A stretch of 64,000 nt of DNA from Octopus vulgaris (Eukaryota). The stretch is taken from contig OX597815.1 of assembly GCA_951406725.2 (NCBI GenBank), positions 180,792,001-180,856,000 on the forward strand. The letters run 5' to 3'. The translations under genes were made by a program, and so were the position numbers. Below are positions 1-12,372 of this stretch, piece after piece (position 1 is the first letter of the stretch; every line of letters begins with the position of its first letter). Below the pieces are notes generated by a model. That model made no database searches, was not told where the DNA came from, and was given only the letters and a program-made list of their open reading frames with translations.

Positions 1-220
1 TGACTTTCGAAATTCTTTCCATATTTGCCTGAATATCAAAGGTTACCTCTAAATAAACATCAACATGCTATCTCCAGTTATTTATTTTATACTATTATTC
101 TGCTTCTTTGTCCCGGTTTTTGCTCGCATTTCATTTATGCTGAAAGGAATTACGTCTGTCTTTGGCAACAAACGGCAATTAAACTCTAATACAATATTTT
201 GTGTTTTCTTTTTAAAATAG

Positions 221-302
221 GAATGTTTCATGATGTCAAACTAGTCTGTGGGCCTAATATTCTCGGCACGAATTTGAATGTCAATAATCTTCGAATACAG
301 TG
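221..302 (+). CDS. Candidate internal exon of an unidentified gene
   Basis: Pyrimidine tract ...gtgttttctttttaaaatAG acceptor and GTAAGC donor; open frame (G)MFHDVKLVCGPNILGTNLNVNNLRIQ(W); phase-compatible with acceptor ttttccAG at 1015. No recognised homology; a competing minus-strand reading exists. Confidence 0.25.
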
Positions 303-378
303 GTAAGCGCTAAAAGAGCACAGGGTAACATCGGATGAATCTATGCAATCGTCAAGGTTCTCTTCCCGGGTGAAGCTA

Positions 379-519
379 TTAGGTTGTCCCAAAAGTTCGT
401 AAACACTTGCAAAAATTGAATTTTTACTCGCCAAGTACTAACAAAAACAACAAAAATTATTCCTCAAAATAAAGACCATTATTTTCCAAGACTTTCTACG
501 AACTTTTGGGACAACCTTA
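379..519. mobile_element. 141-bp Tc1/mariner MITE
   Basis: TIRs TTAGGTTGTCCCAAAAGTTCGTA / TACGAACTTTTGGGACAACCTTA flanked by TA; near-identical inverted copy at 28453-28593. Confidence 0.9.
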
Positions 520-534
520 TATTTCACTTAACTT

Positions 535-769
535 AAGGCGGCGAGCTGGCAGAAACGTTAACACGCCGGGCGAAATGCTTAGCAGTATTTCGCATGCCGC
601 TACGTTCTGAGTTCAAATTCCGCCGAGGTCGACTTTGCCTTTCATCCTTTTGGGGTCGATTAAATAAGTACTAGTTACGCACTGGGGTCAATGTAATTGA
701 CTTAATCCGTTTGTCTGTCCTTATTTGTCCTCTCTGTGTTTAGCCCTTTGTGGGTAGTAAAGAAATAGG
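535..769 (+). mobile_element. tRNA-derived Nin-domain SINE (family A), full length with TSD
   Basis: Head aggcggcgagctggcagaa, B-box gagttcaaattcc, Nin-like core gcctttcatccttt.ggggtcgat.aaataagtac; TSD tatttc/tacttaactta at 520-535 and 770-785; many copies in window. Confidence 0.9.
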
Positions 770-1128
770 TATTTTACTTAACTTATAACATTAACGTATT
801 TCGAAAAAGAATGACTGTTACAGCTTCTTATCACCTTAAAAAAAAGAAGAGGCTTTTGTACACATTCAAAAAATGCATAAATGTATTATTATTACCTGTG
901 GTGTGATGTAATTTACTGAAGCATTATGAATATGGGTGAGCGCTACTTATGATGTAGGAACACACCGTCATTGCGTAATATAGCATTTTAGAATCAGATG
1001 TGACTGCTTTTCCAGGCTGTATGGACATCAAGTGAAAGAAGCCAACACATTAGCCTGTTTCTGTTTTGCTTCTAACGACGGTTGTGATGCGTTCCGTTTT
1101 TTTTTTAAATATTCATTTACAATATGAA

Positions 1129-1300
1129 TAGGCGAGCTGGCAGAATTGTTATCGCACCGGTAAAAGACCACCGAGGTCGACTTTGCATTTCAGCCTTTCA
1201 TGGTCGATAAAATAAGTACCGATTGAGTACTGGGGTAGATGTAATCGACTTACGCACTCCTCCGAAATTGCTGGCCTTGTGCCAAAACCTGAAACCAATA
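1129..1300 (+). mobile_element. Family A SINE, internally deleted, alternative tail
   Basis: Same head and Nin-like core; tail ...ggccttgtgccaaaa. Confidence 0.8.
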
Positions 1301-1401
1301 TTCAATAACAACTAGAAAGACTAAGTCAAAGCGGCCAATTGCTAGAGTCGTTAAAATGGCTAGAATGCCTAGCAGTATTTATTCCGGGTACAACAACAAC
1401 A

Positions 1402-1453
<52 letters not shown>

Positions 1454-1661
1454 AGCAGGCAGCATTACGATAACAAACACTGTTGCAAACAAAAAAAAAA
1501 AACATTTCCCAAACAAGAACTTCTCTGTCGTCGGCAGCCTCCCCATCATAACTAGATTTGCGTCTTATCTGATAATGATGGCGGATATCCAATCATCGCT
1601 GCATTCGAATTATCACTTTATTATCACTTTGCCTTCCATTTTTCATGGGTTGGTCAATGTG

Positions 1662-2166
1662 TGGAAGCACTCCGTCGGTTACGACGACGAGGGTTCCGGT
1701 TGATCCGAATCAACGGAACAGCCTGCTCGTGAAATTAACGTGTAAGTGGCTGAGCACTCCACAGACACGTGTACCATTAACGTAGTTCTCGGGGAGATTC
1801 AGCGTGACACAGAGAGTGACAAGGCCGGCCTTTGAAATACAGGTACAACAGAAACAGGAAGTAAGAGTGAGAGAAAGTTATGGTGAAAGAGTACAGCAGG
1901 GATCACCACCATCCCCTGCCAGAGGCTCGTGGAGCTTTAGGTGTTTTCGCTCAATAAACACTCACAATGCCCGGTCTGGGAATCGAAACCGCGATCCTAT
2001 GACCGCGAGTCCGCTGCCCTAACCACTAGGCCATTGCGCCTCCACGGGTTGGAGTATCAGTTAAGTACTGAGGTGATAATGATTCTCAACCGCAATCTAG
2101 GAATCGAAACCGCGATCCTCCGACCGCGAGTCCGCTGCCCTAACCACTGGGCCATTGCGCCTCCAC
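1662..2166 (-). mobile_element. tRNA-derived SINE family C, full copy (1662-2045) plus extra head (2088-2166)
   Basis: Reverse complement of the full copy at 35727-36110; head gtggaggcgcaatggcc.agtggttagggcagcggactcgcggtc with A and B boxes. Confidence 0.9.
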
Positions 2167-2596
2167 GAACCGCGATATGGCGGACGGAATACTGTCCTGT
2201 GATGGTGTCGACCACAATTTGTAGCTTGACATGAAGATTAACTGCAAAACATTATTTTATGCATGTTACTTGTAAAGTAGCTAATTCGATAGTAGATAGA
2301 GTTTTCTGAAATGGCCTACTTTACTGGAGTCCGCACGTAGATCAATAAGCTCCCTGGGTGTGAAAAAAACCCCAAAAACTAAGATATATAGTTAGAGAAA
2401 ACATGACCTTGCTCTCAGTTCACCTGTTATTCATTCAGTTGCCACCGCATGAGCCGTAACTGCACGAAGATTTCAAATATCCTTTTCAAATAAACACTCT
2501 TGTTATTACAAAAAGAGAGAAAAGATAACGATATATTAAATTGCACGGTGTCCTAAAAAGAAACAAAATAAAGGGACACATTGGTCTTGTAATGTT

Positions 2597-2634
<38 letters not shown>

Positions 2635-3054
2635 ATGGTGGTGGTGGTGGTGGTAGTAATTGTTGCTAAGGAGAGGAAAAAAGGAAGGGGTAGATAGAAA
2701 ATTATAATCCTGGCCTAGTTCTGTTTCTATCCGATTTCAAGGAAAAGCTGCGTTAAGGTTTTAATGAAACTTTAATATTTCAAACATAGATTTATCGCAT
2801 CTTAAATCTTATAAATATTTCTTGTAACAAAAGCTGAAAATAGGACAAACTAATTCATTCATTTAAAATTTATTTCTTGTTAGTAGACATAATGGTTTCT
2901 GACAAATATGATATATATATTGATTTCAAATTATGACACAAGGCCAGCAATTTCGGGGAGTGGAAAAGTATTTGAATAAGTCATTAGTGGTTGTCAAGCA
3001 TTTGGGGAGACAAACAGGGTCACAGACACACACACACAAGTAGTTAGATAGATA

Positions 3055-4722
3055 AGTTTCTTTATTGGCCACACAGGGCTGCACACAGATGGGACAAGTT
3101 ACAAGGTAGAGCTTTTCTTTTGGGGGATGAAAAAAACAAAAAACAAAAGAAACAAAAAAAAGGTGGTGTAGGTTTTCGATCAAAAGGGATCGTAAAAGGG
3201 AAAAAAAAGAACAAAAAATAAAATTAAAAAAAAAGAAAAAAAGGAAAAGGAACAAAAGAAAAGAGAAATGAAAAAAGAAGAAAAAAGAGGAAAAAAAGAG
3301 GAAGAGTAAAAAAAACGATCAATAGGGATCGTGTATCACAGTGTTATGATGTATGGTGTAAAGGGGAAAGCAAGTAAGGTTTATCCGTGGGAAGAAAAGC
3401 CTACGAAAAAGACCACGGTAACCTTGGTCAATATTGTTATATGTTACCACATTTGTTTGCAAGTGGGTAACCCTCTGTTTTCAATTTCTGGGTTCATAGG
3501 ATTGTGCTCAAGGTGGCTTCGTCATTCATACGTGCCATCCTTGCTACATTCAACCATCTTTTTTTAAAACATTCGCTAGACAAAACTTGCCTCTCTACTC
3601 TCACTTTCCTTTTCAAGTGGTACTTGAAGAAGTTGATGAGAGATTGATCAGAGAGGAAAGTGTTTGTCTCCAATCCTTTCAGACGCGTCCACCAGATACA
3701 TTCTTTCGCCATAGCCACAAGGATGATGAAAATAACTTTTCCTTCCCGTTTGAAGGAAGGAAGCGTGACAATATTGACGATAGACTCAGCTGATAAACCG
3801 ACTCGTCCCACACGTGACAGCAGTTGTTCGACATGAGCCCACAGGTCGGAAATTGTTGGATATTGCACGATTGCGTGCAGAACGGTTTCGTCGCTCTGAC
3901 CGCATCTCGGGCAGGTCGGCCCCGTGTTTTTCGAGCCGTGTCTGTAGAGCTTATTCCGAACGGGTAGCGCTTCACGGTAGCACTGCCAGTCCAGGGATCT
4001 CTGGAAGTTGTCCATGGGCCCTGGCCCGAAAGTCGTCCCGAACAGGCGGGTCAGGTACTCCTCGTCGACGTCCAGGTTCGCCCCGAGCTCGTCGTCGTAC
4101 CTCCCCTCCACCAATCCCCTATAGAATGCTTTGGTTGTGATGAAGTCACTCAAGGTCGACCCAGGACGGCAGAGTTGCTTGAGAACAACGCGACACTCGC
4201 GGTGCCATTAGCCCTTCCTCGGCCTCTTTTTGATCCACAACTGCACTTCGGTCATGAGGACGAGCTGCGGGAAAGCGTGCCTCACAAACGGCGACCACAC
4301 CTGTTCACCGTCGTCTACGAAGAGCCTGAGATGTCGCAGTCTCAGCGCGTGTCTGCGCATCATCAACCAGTCCTCCTTTTAACGGATGTTGACAGCAAAT
4401 GGATCACCTGACCATCGGGACGCATCCTTTCCACAAGAAGCGAAAGAGAATGCGTTCTAGTTTGGTGATGGTAGGGTCGAGACAAAGCACGACGGTCAGG
4501 CGGTAGTAGATGACGGACGCGATGTACGTGTTCGCCACCTCTGCCCGACCTTTTTGGGACAGTTTCCTCTAGGCCCATTGCTGGGCGAGAGTGACCACCC
4601 TACTCGTTATCTCGTTCCAGTTCTTCTCCACTTGGAGGTCCGGATCGAACCAGACCCCGAGCAACTCGACCGGACCGTCGGTCCAGCGTCCCACGACGGA
4701 GGCGCTGGTGGACGGCATGGGC
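3055..4722 (-). mobile_element. 5'-truncated Tx1/L1-group LINE (ORF2 C-terminus with zf-RVT, 3' UTR)
   Basis: ORF 3494-4153 contains WQCYREALPVRNKL...[16 protein letters not shown] (zf-RVT pattern); upstream frameshifted pieces; T-rich 3' UTR ending CAATAAAGAAAC then TATC repeats. Confidence 0.88.
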
Positions 4723-4752
4723 TAGATAGATATATGGATGGATAGATAGATA

Positions 4753-4971
4753 TGTTTCTTTATTAGCCACACAGGGCTGAACACAGAGGGGACAAATTAC
4801 AAAGTAGAGCTTTTCATTTTGGAGAGAAAAAAAGGGGGGTTTCAATCAAAAGGGGTCGTAAAAAAAAAACAAGGTAGGTAGGTAGATAGATAGATAGATA
4901 GATAGATAGATATTGATAGATAGATAGGCAGGTAGGCAGGTAGGTAGGTAGGTAGATAGATAGATAGATAA

Positions 4972-5047
<76 letters not shown>

Positions 5048-5102
5048 GGAGGTAGATAGATAGATTTTGATAGATAGATAGGCAGGTAGGCGGGTATGTA
5101 GG

Positions 5103-5161
<59 letters not shown>

Positions 5162-5501
5162 GGATCGTTATCACAGAAATGTCAATATGAAGTGTAGGGG
5201 AGGACAGGTGAGGTTTACCCGTGGAAGAAAACCTACGGAAAAGACCAGCCCACAGGTCGGAAATTGTTGGACACTGAACGAGTGCGTGCAGAACGGTTTC
5301 GTCGCTCTGACTGCATCTCGGGCAGGTCGGCCCCGTGTTTCTCGAGCCGTGTACAGGCGGGTCAGGTACTCCTCGTCGACGTCCAGGTTCGCCCCGAGCT
5401 CGTCGTCGTACCTCCCCTCCACTAAACCCCTATAGAATGCTTTGGTTGTGTTGAAGTCACTTGTCACTTAAGGTCGAGCAACTCTGCCGTCCTGGGTCGA
5501 C
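4753..5501 (-). mobile_element. Second Tx1-like copy, internally deleted, with (GATA)n expansion at 4873-5158
   Basis: Matches segments of 3055-4722 with two internal deletions; both ends abut (TATC)n. Confidence 0.85.
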
Positions 5502-5536
5502 AGATAGATAGATAGATAGATAGATAGATAGGGAGG

Positions 5537-5603
<67 letters not shown>

Positions 5604-5769
5604 GGAGGTAGGTAGATAGATAGATAGGGAGGTAGGTAGATAGGCAGGTTGGTAGGTAGGCAGGTTGTAGGTAGATCGATAGGTAGATAGGTAAATAGAT
5701 AGATAAATAGGTAGGTAGGTAGGTAGGTAGGTAGGTAGGTAGGTAAGTAAGCAGATAGATAAATAAATA

Positions 5770-6228
5770 TGCTTCTTTATTAGCCACACAGGACTGAACA
5801 CAGAGGGAACAAATTAGAGCTTTTCTTTTTGGGGAGAAAAATAAGAAGAAAATAAAAATAAAAAGGGGGTAGGTTTTCGATCAAAAGGATTGTAAAAAGA
5901 GAGGGAAAAAACAATCAATAGGGATCGTGCATCATAGAAATGTCATGATGTAAAGTGTAAAGGGGGAAGCAGATAAGGTTTATCCGTGGAAAGAAAAGCC
6001 TACGGAAAAGACCACTGTAACCTCGATCAATAATGTCACATGTTAACACATTTATTTGCAAGTAAGTAACTCTCTGTTTAAAAATTTTCCGGATAAATAG
6101 ATAGATAAGTAGGTGGGTAGGTAGGTAGATAGATAGATATGTTTCTTTATTAGCCACACAGGGCTGCACACAGATAGAACAAATTACAAGGTAGAGCTTT
6201 TCTTTTGAAGGTTTAAAAAAAAAAAAAG
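5770..6228 (-). mobile_element. Two further Tx1-like 3' UTR fragments (5770-6092, 6140-6228)
   Basis: Same terminus gccctgtgtggctaataaagaa; separated by (TAGA/TAGG)n. Confidence 0.85.
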
Positions 6229-6413
6229 ATAGATAGGTAAGTAGATAGATAGATAGATATGTAGGTAAGTCGTTAGGTAGGTAGGTAAGTAGATAGATAT
6301 AGGTTTCATGGAACAAGCAATATAAATAGAACTCTGTATTCAAGAGCAAGTGTGTGTGGGTTTGTGCGAATGTGTGCATGTGCTTGTGTGCGTGTGCGTG
6401 CGTGCGTGCGTGC

Positions 6414-6444
<31 letters not shown>

Positions 6445-6614
6445 CAAAAAAAGCGATATATGTCGCACAAGGACTGAGACCTTCACGAGTTGCAAACTCT
6501 GGTAAATAGGTAGCACGAAACTCTCAGCCCTTTAGCCTCTCGTGTATCATTTTCCACTCAGACACGCATACACCCCACCCATGTATATATCTATGTATGT
6601 AAATAGGTAGGTAG

Positions 6615-6645
<31 letters not shown>

Positions 6646-6651
6646 TGTATG

Positions 6652-6697
<46 letters not shown>

Positions 6698-6829
6698 CGT
6701 GTGTAAATATGTATATATATATATATGTGCGTGTAAATATGTATATATGTATATGTATGTATGTAAATAGGTAGGTAGATAGATATGCATGTATTTGTGT
6801 GTGGAGATGGTAATATTTAAAACCCATTT

Positions 6830-7460
6830 CGGTGCTAAAACTTTATTTGATTTTGCGAAAAACCTCTTATTTCCTTATTAACACTTCATGTTTAGTCTAC
6901 GACAATGATGTTACTAAGTCCATCAACATTTCTTAAACCTTCTCGATTTTATTTTATACACGAAGAAAGAGGCCTTCAATGGCGTTTTGTTTTTACTCAC
7001 CATGGTTATCACAGCTGCTAACCTTGTGTTCAAAATTTTGACACTTAACTGTTAGTATTTGTTTTATTTTACTAGGAGGGTGCTAAAAATCTGTTACTAT
7101 TGCTTATATTTTGCTCTAATGCTTTTACTAAAACTTCCATCGCGAAGCTAATTATTTTCTCTTTTGAGAAATTCTTTGTAAAATGGTTGAGTTAGTAACT
7201 AATGTTTTCCCGTGTGGATTTATGTTGTGTTCTGTAGTATAAATATGCTGTGATACTTGAAATGTATGGTCCTTTGGCAAGAACGTGTCGAACTTCTGTG
7301 TCTCTGAGAATAGCCGGAGTTACGCAGTTTACAACGTCTGAATCTGCATCGAAATGTGCATGTCTTAATATTGTTTGAAGTATGTCTTTAATAGCTTGTA
7401 GTTTCGAGTTGAGATGAAGAGGAACTTTTTTTATTTTCCAGAAAAAGACATACAACAGGA
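6830..7460 (-). pseudogene. Probable decayed Penelope-like pre-RT region
   Basis: ILRDTEVRHVLAKGP resembles the L-x-K-G-P motif preceding PLE reverse transcriptases; many stops; adjacent to GIY-YIG fragment. Confidence 0.4.
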
Positions 7461-7588
7461 ACAAAGAAATACGAAAACCCTTTGTACTTGAGTACCTATG
7501 TGCTTACAATATAAAATATTTAAAAGATATCCTCATACACACACACTCACACACACACAAACATGCAGATACAAACACGCATGTACTT

Positions 7589-7632
<44 letters not shown>

Positions 7633-7692
7633 TTATATACATAAATATGGCAAATGAAAGACGGGAGATGGAATATACGAGAATTTATTATC

Positions 7693-7835
7693 AATCACGA
7701 CAATTGTTTCAACACATCTAGCATCGATTCCTCATGGGTGGGACACTCAACAACTGGCACAGGAGCATCGGGTGATAAATAAATTCACCTCATTAAAATG
7801 ACTGCTCTGCAATGTATCTTCTCATTTTGTAGAAA
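7693..7835 (-). ncRNA. Decayed hammerhead remnant in Penelope-like pLTR
   Basis: Minus strand atgtgttGAAACaattGTCgtga (palindromic stem III); 5' core decayed to AAAATGA; lies downstream of the GIY-YIG ORF. Confidence 0.4.
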
Positions 7836-8175
7836 AAAAAAACAGCCAGACGGAGGAAGTGTATTCATTTATATAGAAGATTAAAAATAAAATCACAGAT
7901 GGCAAAAAGAGAAACGAACACGCAATCCAGCGAGAAAAGTATTAAAAATAACCGTTAACAAATATGAATGCATAAACGCCCTCGAGCAAGCTGCATCACG
8001 CGAGTACACTCGCTCATAGAAGCATCCGCAAAAATGTGAGCATACGCACACGTGAGGTTTGGTGCACTCATGATCACAAAGCGAGTTAGCTGTCTACTTG
8101 ATGTTTGCAAGAATGGGGAGGTTAAAAGTAAACTTAATTCATCAATACCTTAAAGTAAATTATATTAACAGTTAC

Positions 8176-8600
8176 TCAAAATTCATTCCCACTGCATTGT
8201 GCGGAAGTACATTTATATGTGTGTAGGCATCTCGAGAGTCTTTCAAAAATTATATTAACGATCTTCTCATTAGTCCACAGAACAGACAGGAATTCCTCAG
8301 AGCAGAGATGGAATCTCCTGGAAATTATATTACATGGTTTCGCATGCCTTACTATGGACCAAGTTATGCTGCACTTCATTTTATCTTCCTTCAGTCGCAG
8401 TACAAAGTCTTAAAGTTGGCAACATAGTTACGATTATGATTCTTTTAAGAATCAGCCGTCTGCCCAATGTAAACATGCGGCCTTCCCCTTGTGTACACGG
8501 TACATTTATATACAAGATTTGTATTCATGCAGAGATTCATCAATGGACATTTTGATTTTTCTCTGCATGAGCATTTATCGATGTTACCGTTTTAGATGTA
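8176..8600 (-). pseudogene. Decayed Penelope-like GIY-YIG endonuclease
   Basis: Minus translation DKCSCREKSKCPLMNLCMNTNLVYKCTVYTRGRPHVYIGQT then, after stops/frameshift, KCSITWSIVRHAKPC...HLCSEE...SRCLH: Cys-rich linker plus VY...YIG motif typical of PLEs. Confidence 0.85.
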
Positions 8601-8742
8601 CCATAAGTATTTCTACTGTTACAGTTTGGTCGTAATTGGTGTTTTTCATTGCTGCTTACATTTCCTTTGTTAGTATTTAGAAGCGTATGTATGTCTGCAA
8701 GATATACAAGACGGAAGCATATAATCTTAAAGTATTTATATC

Positions 8743-8829
8743 AACTTTACGCGTGTTTCAATGACATTTACACGATGATTAATATTAACCATATGCAATC
8801 TTCATGCATCCAAAACTTCATCAGATGTT
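8743..8829 (-). ncRNA. Degenerate type I hammerhead
   Basis: aacat-CTGATGA-A-(long, poorly paired stem II)-GAAAC-acgc-GTA-aagtt. Confidence 0.55.
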
Positions 8830-9218
8830 CTGGTGTGTGTGTGTATGTGTGCGTGTTTGTATGTTTGTGCGTGTGTGTGTATGTTAGTTTTTATGCGTGT
8901 ATATTTGTGTGTGAGTGTGTATGCGTGTGTGTATGTGTGCGCGTGTGCCTGCGTGCATGTGCATATACATATAGTGAATGTCTGGCAGAATTATGTTTTT
9001 GAAAAAGTTTCAAGTTTTGGGGAATTTTTACGACTTTGCTGCTGTGCTGCAAATATTCTTTGTCCATTACATTCAGTCAAGATTCGTAATAGTACAAGGA
9101 TGTCTTAAACTTTTTACATAATCTATGTCTATAATGAAGCTTTTTCCCCTAATCAGTACTATGGCACACTTAATCTTCTGCAAAGAAAGAAGAAAGAAAA
9201 AAGAAAAGAAAAAATTAC

Positions 9219-9356
9219 CAAATGTGTGAGATGCCCAGTATTTGTAAAAATTTTGACAAGAAATCGAATCAAGAAATTTATTAGCTCCCGCCATTTGAAT
9301 GATCTTATCGTCAATGATTGCCGTTGATGGCGCAGAAATAAATGATGCCTCGTTTA
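9219..9356 (-). CDS. Candidate symmetric (phase 1-1) internal exon
   Basis: Acceptor ctattttctattgcttcgaatcAG, donor G|GTAATT, 138 nt open: NEASFISAPSTAIIDDKIIQMAGANKFLDSISCQNFYKYWASHTF. No homology recognised. Confidence 0.35.
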
Positions 9357-9384
9357 CTGATTCGAAGCAATAGAAAATAGAGTA

Positions 9385-9545
9385 GCGTGGAAGGTGTTTG
9401 TAAGCCATTTAAGAAACACACGAAAGCCGTTCGATTCACTTCAACATTTAAGTTTAATTTGTCAAAATATATTTTTTTCGTCGCTATAAGACCGCGACCT
9501 GTTCACTGTGTGTTTCTTAAATGGCTTATAAACACCTTCCACGCT
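9385..9545. mobile_element. Inverted pLTR-like structure containing a G3-C8 hammerhead motif
   Basis: ~37-bp inverted arms gcgtggaaggtgttt.taagccatttaagaaacacac; minus strand 9459-9508 reads ca-GTGAACA-G-GTCGC-ggtcttata-GCGAC-GAAA...TTT-tgaca. Confidence 0.65.
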
Positions 9546-11374
9546 GCAATTGTTTTCGTTCCAGCACACGATCTCAGATCAAATCACTTGCTATGCAAGT
9601 ACATCTCCAAAAAATAGAGTGAATCGATGTTTTCTATTCCGTTACAGACCTGTATTAAGTCCTCGACTAATTCCACCTGCATTAGATAAGTACTGCAGTT
9701 TGACACTGCTCTTTCAGCATAAGCGACGAGAGCACCACAATAATATCTGCAGTATGCTTCACTAAACTTATATTACTCAATACAGGACCGATAACAAGAA
9801 CCTTTTGCAATACAATATTTTAACGAGATCCTAAAATCAGAAAGATCTCATATAATTGTATCCCATCTTAATTAGAAAAATATACTTAAGAGTCTTGTTC
9901 TAATTAAGTTATAATTTTAGTACATATAGGTAAAATACTCAGGAGTTACTCAGAGTTTTTGTTGGCTCTTCTTAATCTTTTGCAATGCTGAAAACCCTTC
10001 CGTATAATCACAGGTATATCAGGTTCACATTAATTTTTTTAGTTTTTATGTTCATTAATTTGTATAGTTTTCATGTTTACCGATATTTCCTGTAAAATGG
10101 GGGGGGAGATAACCCAATTTTTAAATGGGGGTGAGATAACCAAAATGTAACGAAAGCAGTCCTAGTGACTTGATATTTCAACTTTTCTACCGACAAACGA
10201 CCGGAAACTACAAGCTGGATTTAATAAATGATGATTCTAAATACAACACGAACAATTCTCACTGGATGTTTCGCAAATAAAGAAACAAGTGTCAAGTATT
10301 GAGTGTGGTATTTGAAATTTTTACTTACCTCAAAGAAGAATATTTCCATTTCCCTTTTTGAGAAAAAAACGTTTATAATCATTTATCAAAGGGAAGTATT
10401 TCTATTCGTCTTGCGAAAGGGTCCATTGACAATGTTGACTTTAGGAAAGTTCAAATAACAGGCGACATTCTAATGTGTTTCAGACTCAGAAAAGGGGAAT
10501 TGATTACAAATATTGACTTTGCAACACTGTACTTAGTTGAACCTTGTGGGGCTGCTTATTAAACAGTGCGCATGAACTAAGTAATATGTGAAATTTCATT
10601 CTATTTTTATATTTCATAGAAGTCTTAATTATCACATCTGTTGATTTTGTTTATGAGTATATTTTTACTGTGTAAAAGCCTTCAGGTTTATAGTGAAGGA
10701 GTAATGAGATTGTTTGAAGTGCATGCCTTTTTGAGAAGCACTACGAGCATCACACACGCATTTGTGCAGTGAGCGCCTTTATTGGAGGTCATTTTGTTGT
10801 ATTGATTCTGACTAGGTCTCAAGATGGAGGATAATTCGATATCTTTCTACTGCAGCAATACATGAGTTGCGGTTTCATTTCTCTCCACCCCCGTCGCAGG
10901 ACCTTCAAAGGTCATAGGTGATACTCCATTGCTCTAACTACTTAGCGTTTCAAAAATGTAACATGATATAGCTGTACGTAAGAATGTAAACCTCGACCTA
11001 AATTCCATTCACTATGACTTTACCGAATACTCTCCGGATTCACTTATCTATTGACAAATATTGTACCTTTTTTTTTTCTTAATATTTTTTATTAATATTT
11101 AGCAGAAGTAACAGAGTGACTCAAGGGCCAAGAGTTTTGTGTGTTAGGTCTGTTGCTTCTGCTAAATATTAATAAAAATATATATACTTATGTTTTGAGT
11201 TGTATTTTTCCTGTTTACATCACCAAACCTGTATCTTCTTTTTTATTAATTATAATAAGAACGAGATGCTGTGTTGCTTGTGCCTTTCTCCAGAGCGTTA
11301 GTGGTATATCGAAACACGATCTCGACGTTGCTGTTCGGCTTCATGTGTATTTAATTCCACTAGTGCAATCATGG

Positions 11375-11670
11375 TGGGGGCATATGGCCTAGTTGTTTGA
11401 GCAGCAGACTCGTGGTCGAGAGACTGCGGGTTCGAATCTCAGACCGGTCGATGTCTGTGTTTATGAGCGAAACACCTAAGCTCCACGCGGCTCCGGCAGA
11501 AGGTGATGGCGAAACTTCTGCTGACTCTTTCGCCACATCTTTCTCTAACTCTTTCTTCCTGCATCCAGCAGCTCACCCGCAACGGACCGGCGTCCCATCC
11601 AAATAGGTGAACCTATACGCCAATGAAACCGGAGCTTGCCATGACTCGAGAAGGAACAAACAACAACAAT
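11375..11670 (+). mobile_element. Family C-related SINE with (CAA)n tail
   Basis: tRNA-like head tggcctagt...ggttcgaatc, body gagcgaaacacctaagctccacg shared with 35727 copy. Confidence 0.8.
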
Positions 11671-11939
11671 GCAATCATAACAAGAAAATACTGAAGCAAA
11701 TTAAGAAGTTAAGATTTTTTAGTTGATGAAATGCCGATCAAATTGTTTTCGGTATGTTTTTAATTAACTTTAAGAAAATGAATATATTTGTTTCTTAATT
11801 AGGTATTCTTTAAAAACAGGCAACTTCTTTGTTAATTACTAAGTGTTTAAGAAACAGACTGTCATGAAGTAAGAGAATCTAAAGACACGTCGGTCTTATT
11901 TACCAGAAATCATTGTTCTTCGAAATCTCCTTATCATTA

Positions 11940-12155
11940 TTGACTTCAAATTTTGGGGCACAAGGCCAGTAATTTCATGGGAGGGGGAAATTCGATTACA
12001 TGGAACCCAGTGCTGAACGGTATTTATTTCATCGATCCCGTAAGGATGAAAGGCAAAGTCAACTTTGGCGGAATTTGAACTCAGAACGTGAAGACGGACG
12101 AAATGCAGCTAACAATTTTGTCCGACGTGCTAACGATTCCGTCGGCTCGTCGCCT
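11940..12155 (-). mobile_element. Family A SINE
   Basis: Reverse-complement Nin-like core ggatgaaaggcaaagtcaac and head. Confidence 0.85.
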
Positions 12156-12372
12156 TACATATCTTTACCATCATTACGATATACCTTGGTGAAAGCGATT
12201 AGTTGCCTCTAAACTGAGTCAGAATACCGTTTGAATTTTATTGTTTTTCATTTTACATACTATTCCCCCAATTATTTTGGAAAAACGAATAAGTTACTAA
12301 CGTTTTACTTTATTGTTTCGCGCGTTTTGCTGTACTGCAGCTGCCTTTTGGGTGCTTATAGCAGGTTCCATC

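Noticed and set aside
3494-4153. 219-aa ORF as a host gene
   Set aside because: zf-RVT C-terminus of a truncated LINE repeated several times in the window.
10329-10563. Exon near the strong minus donor at 10323 or 66-codon plus open frame
   Set aside because: All minus frames contain stops; the plus frame lacks splice or start support.
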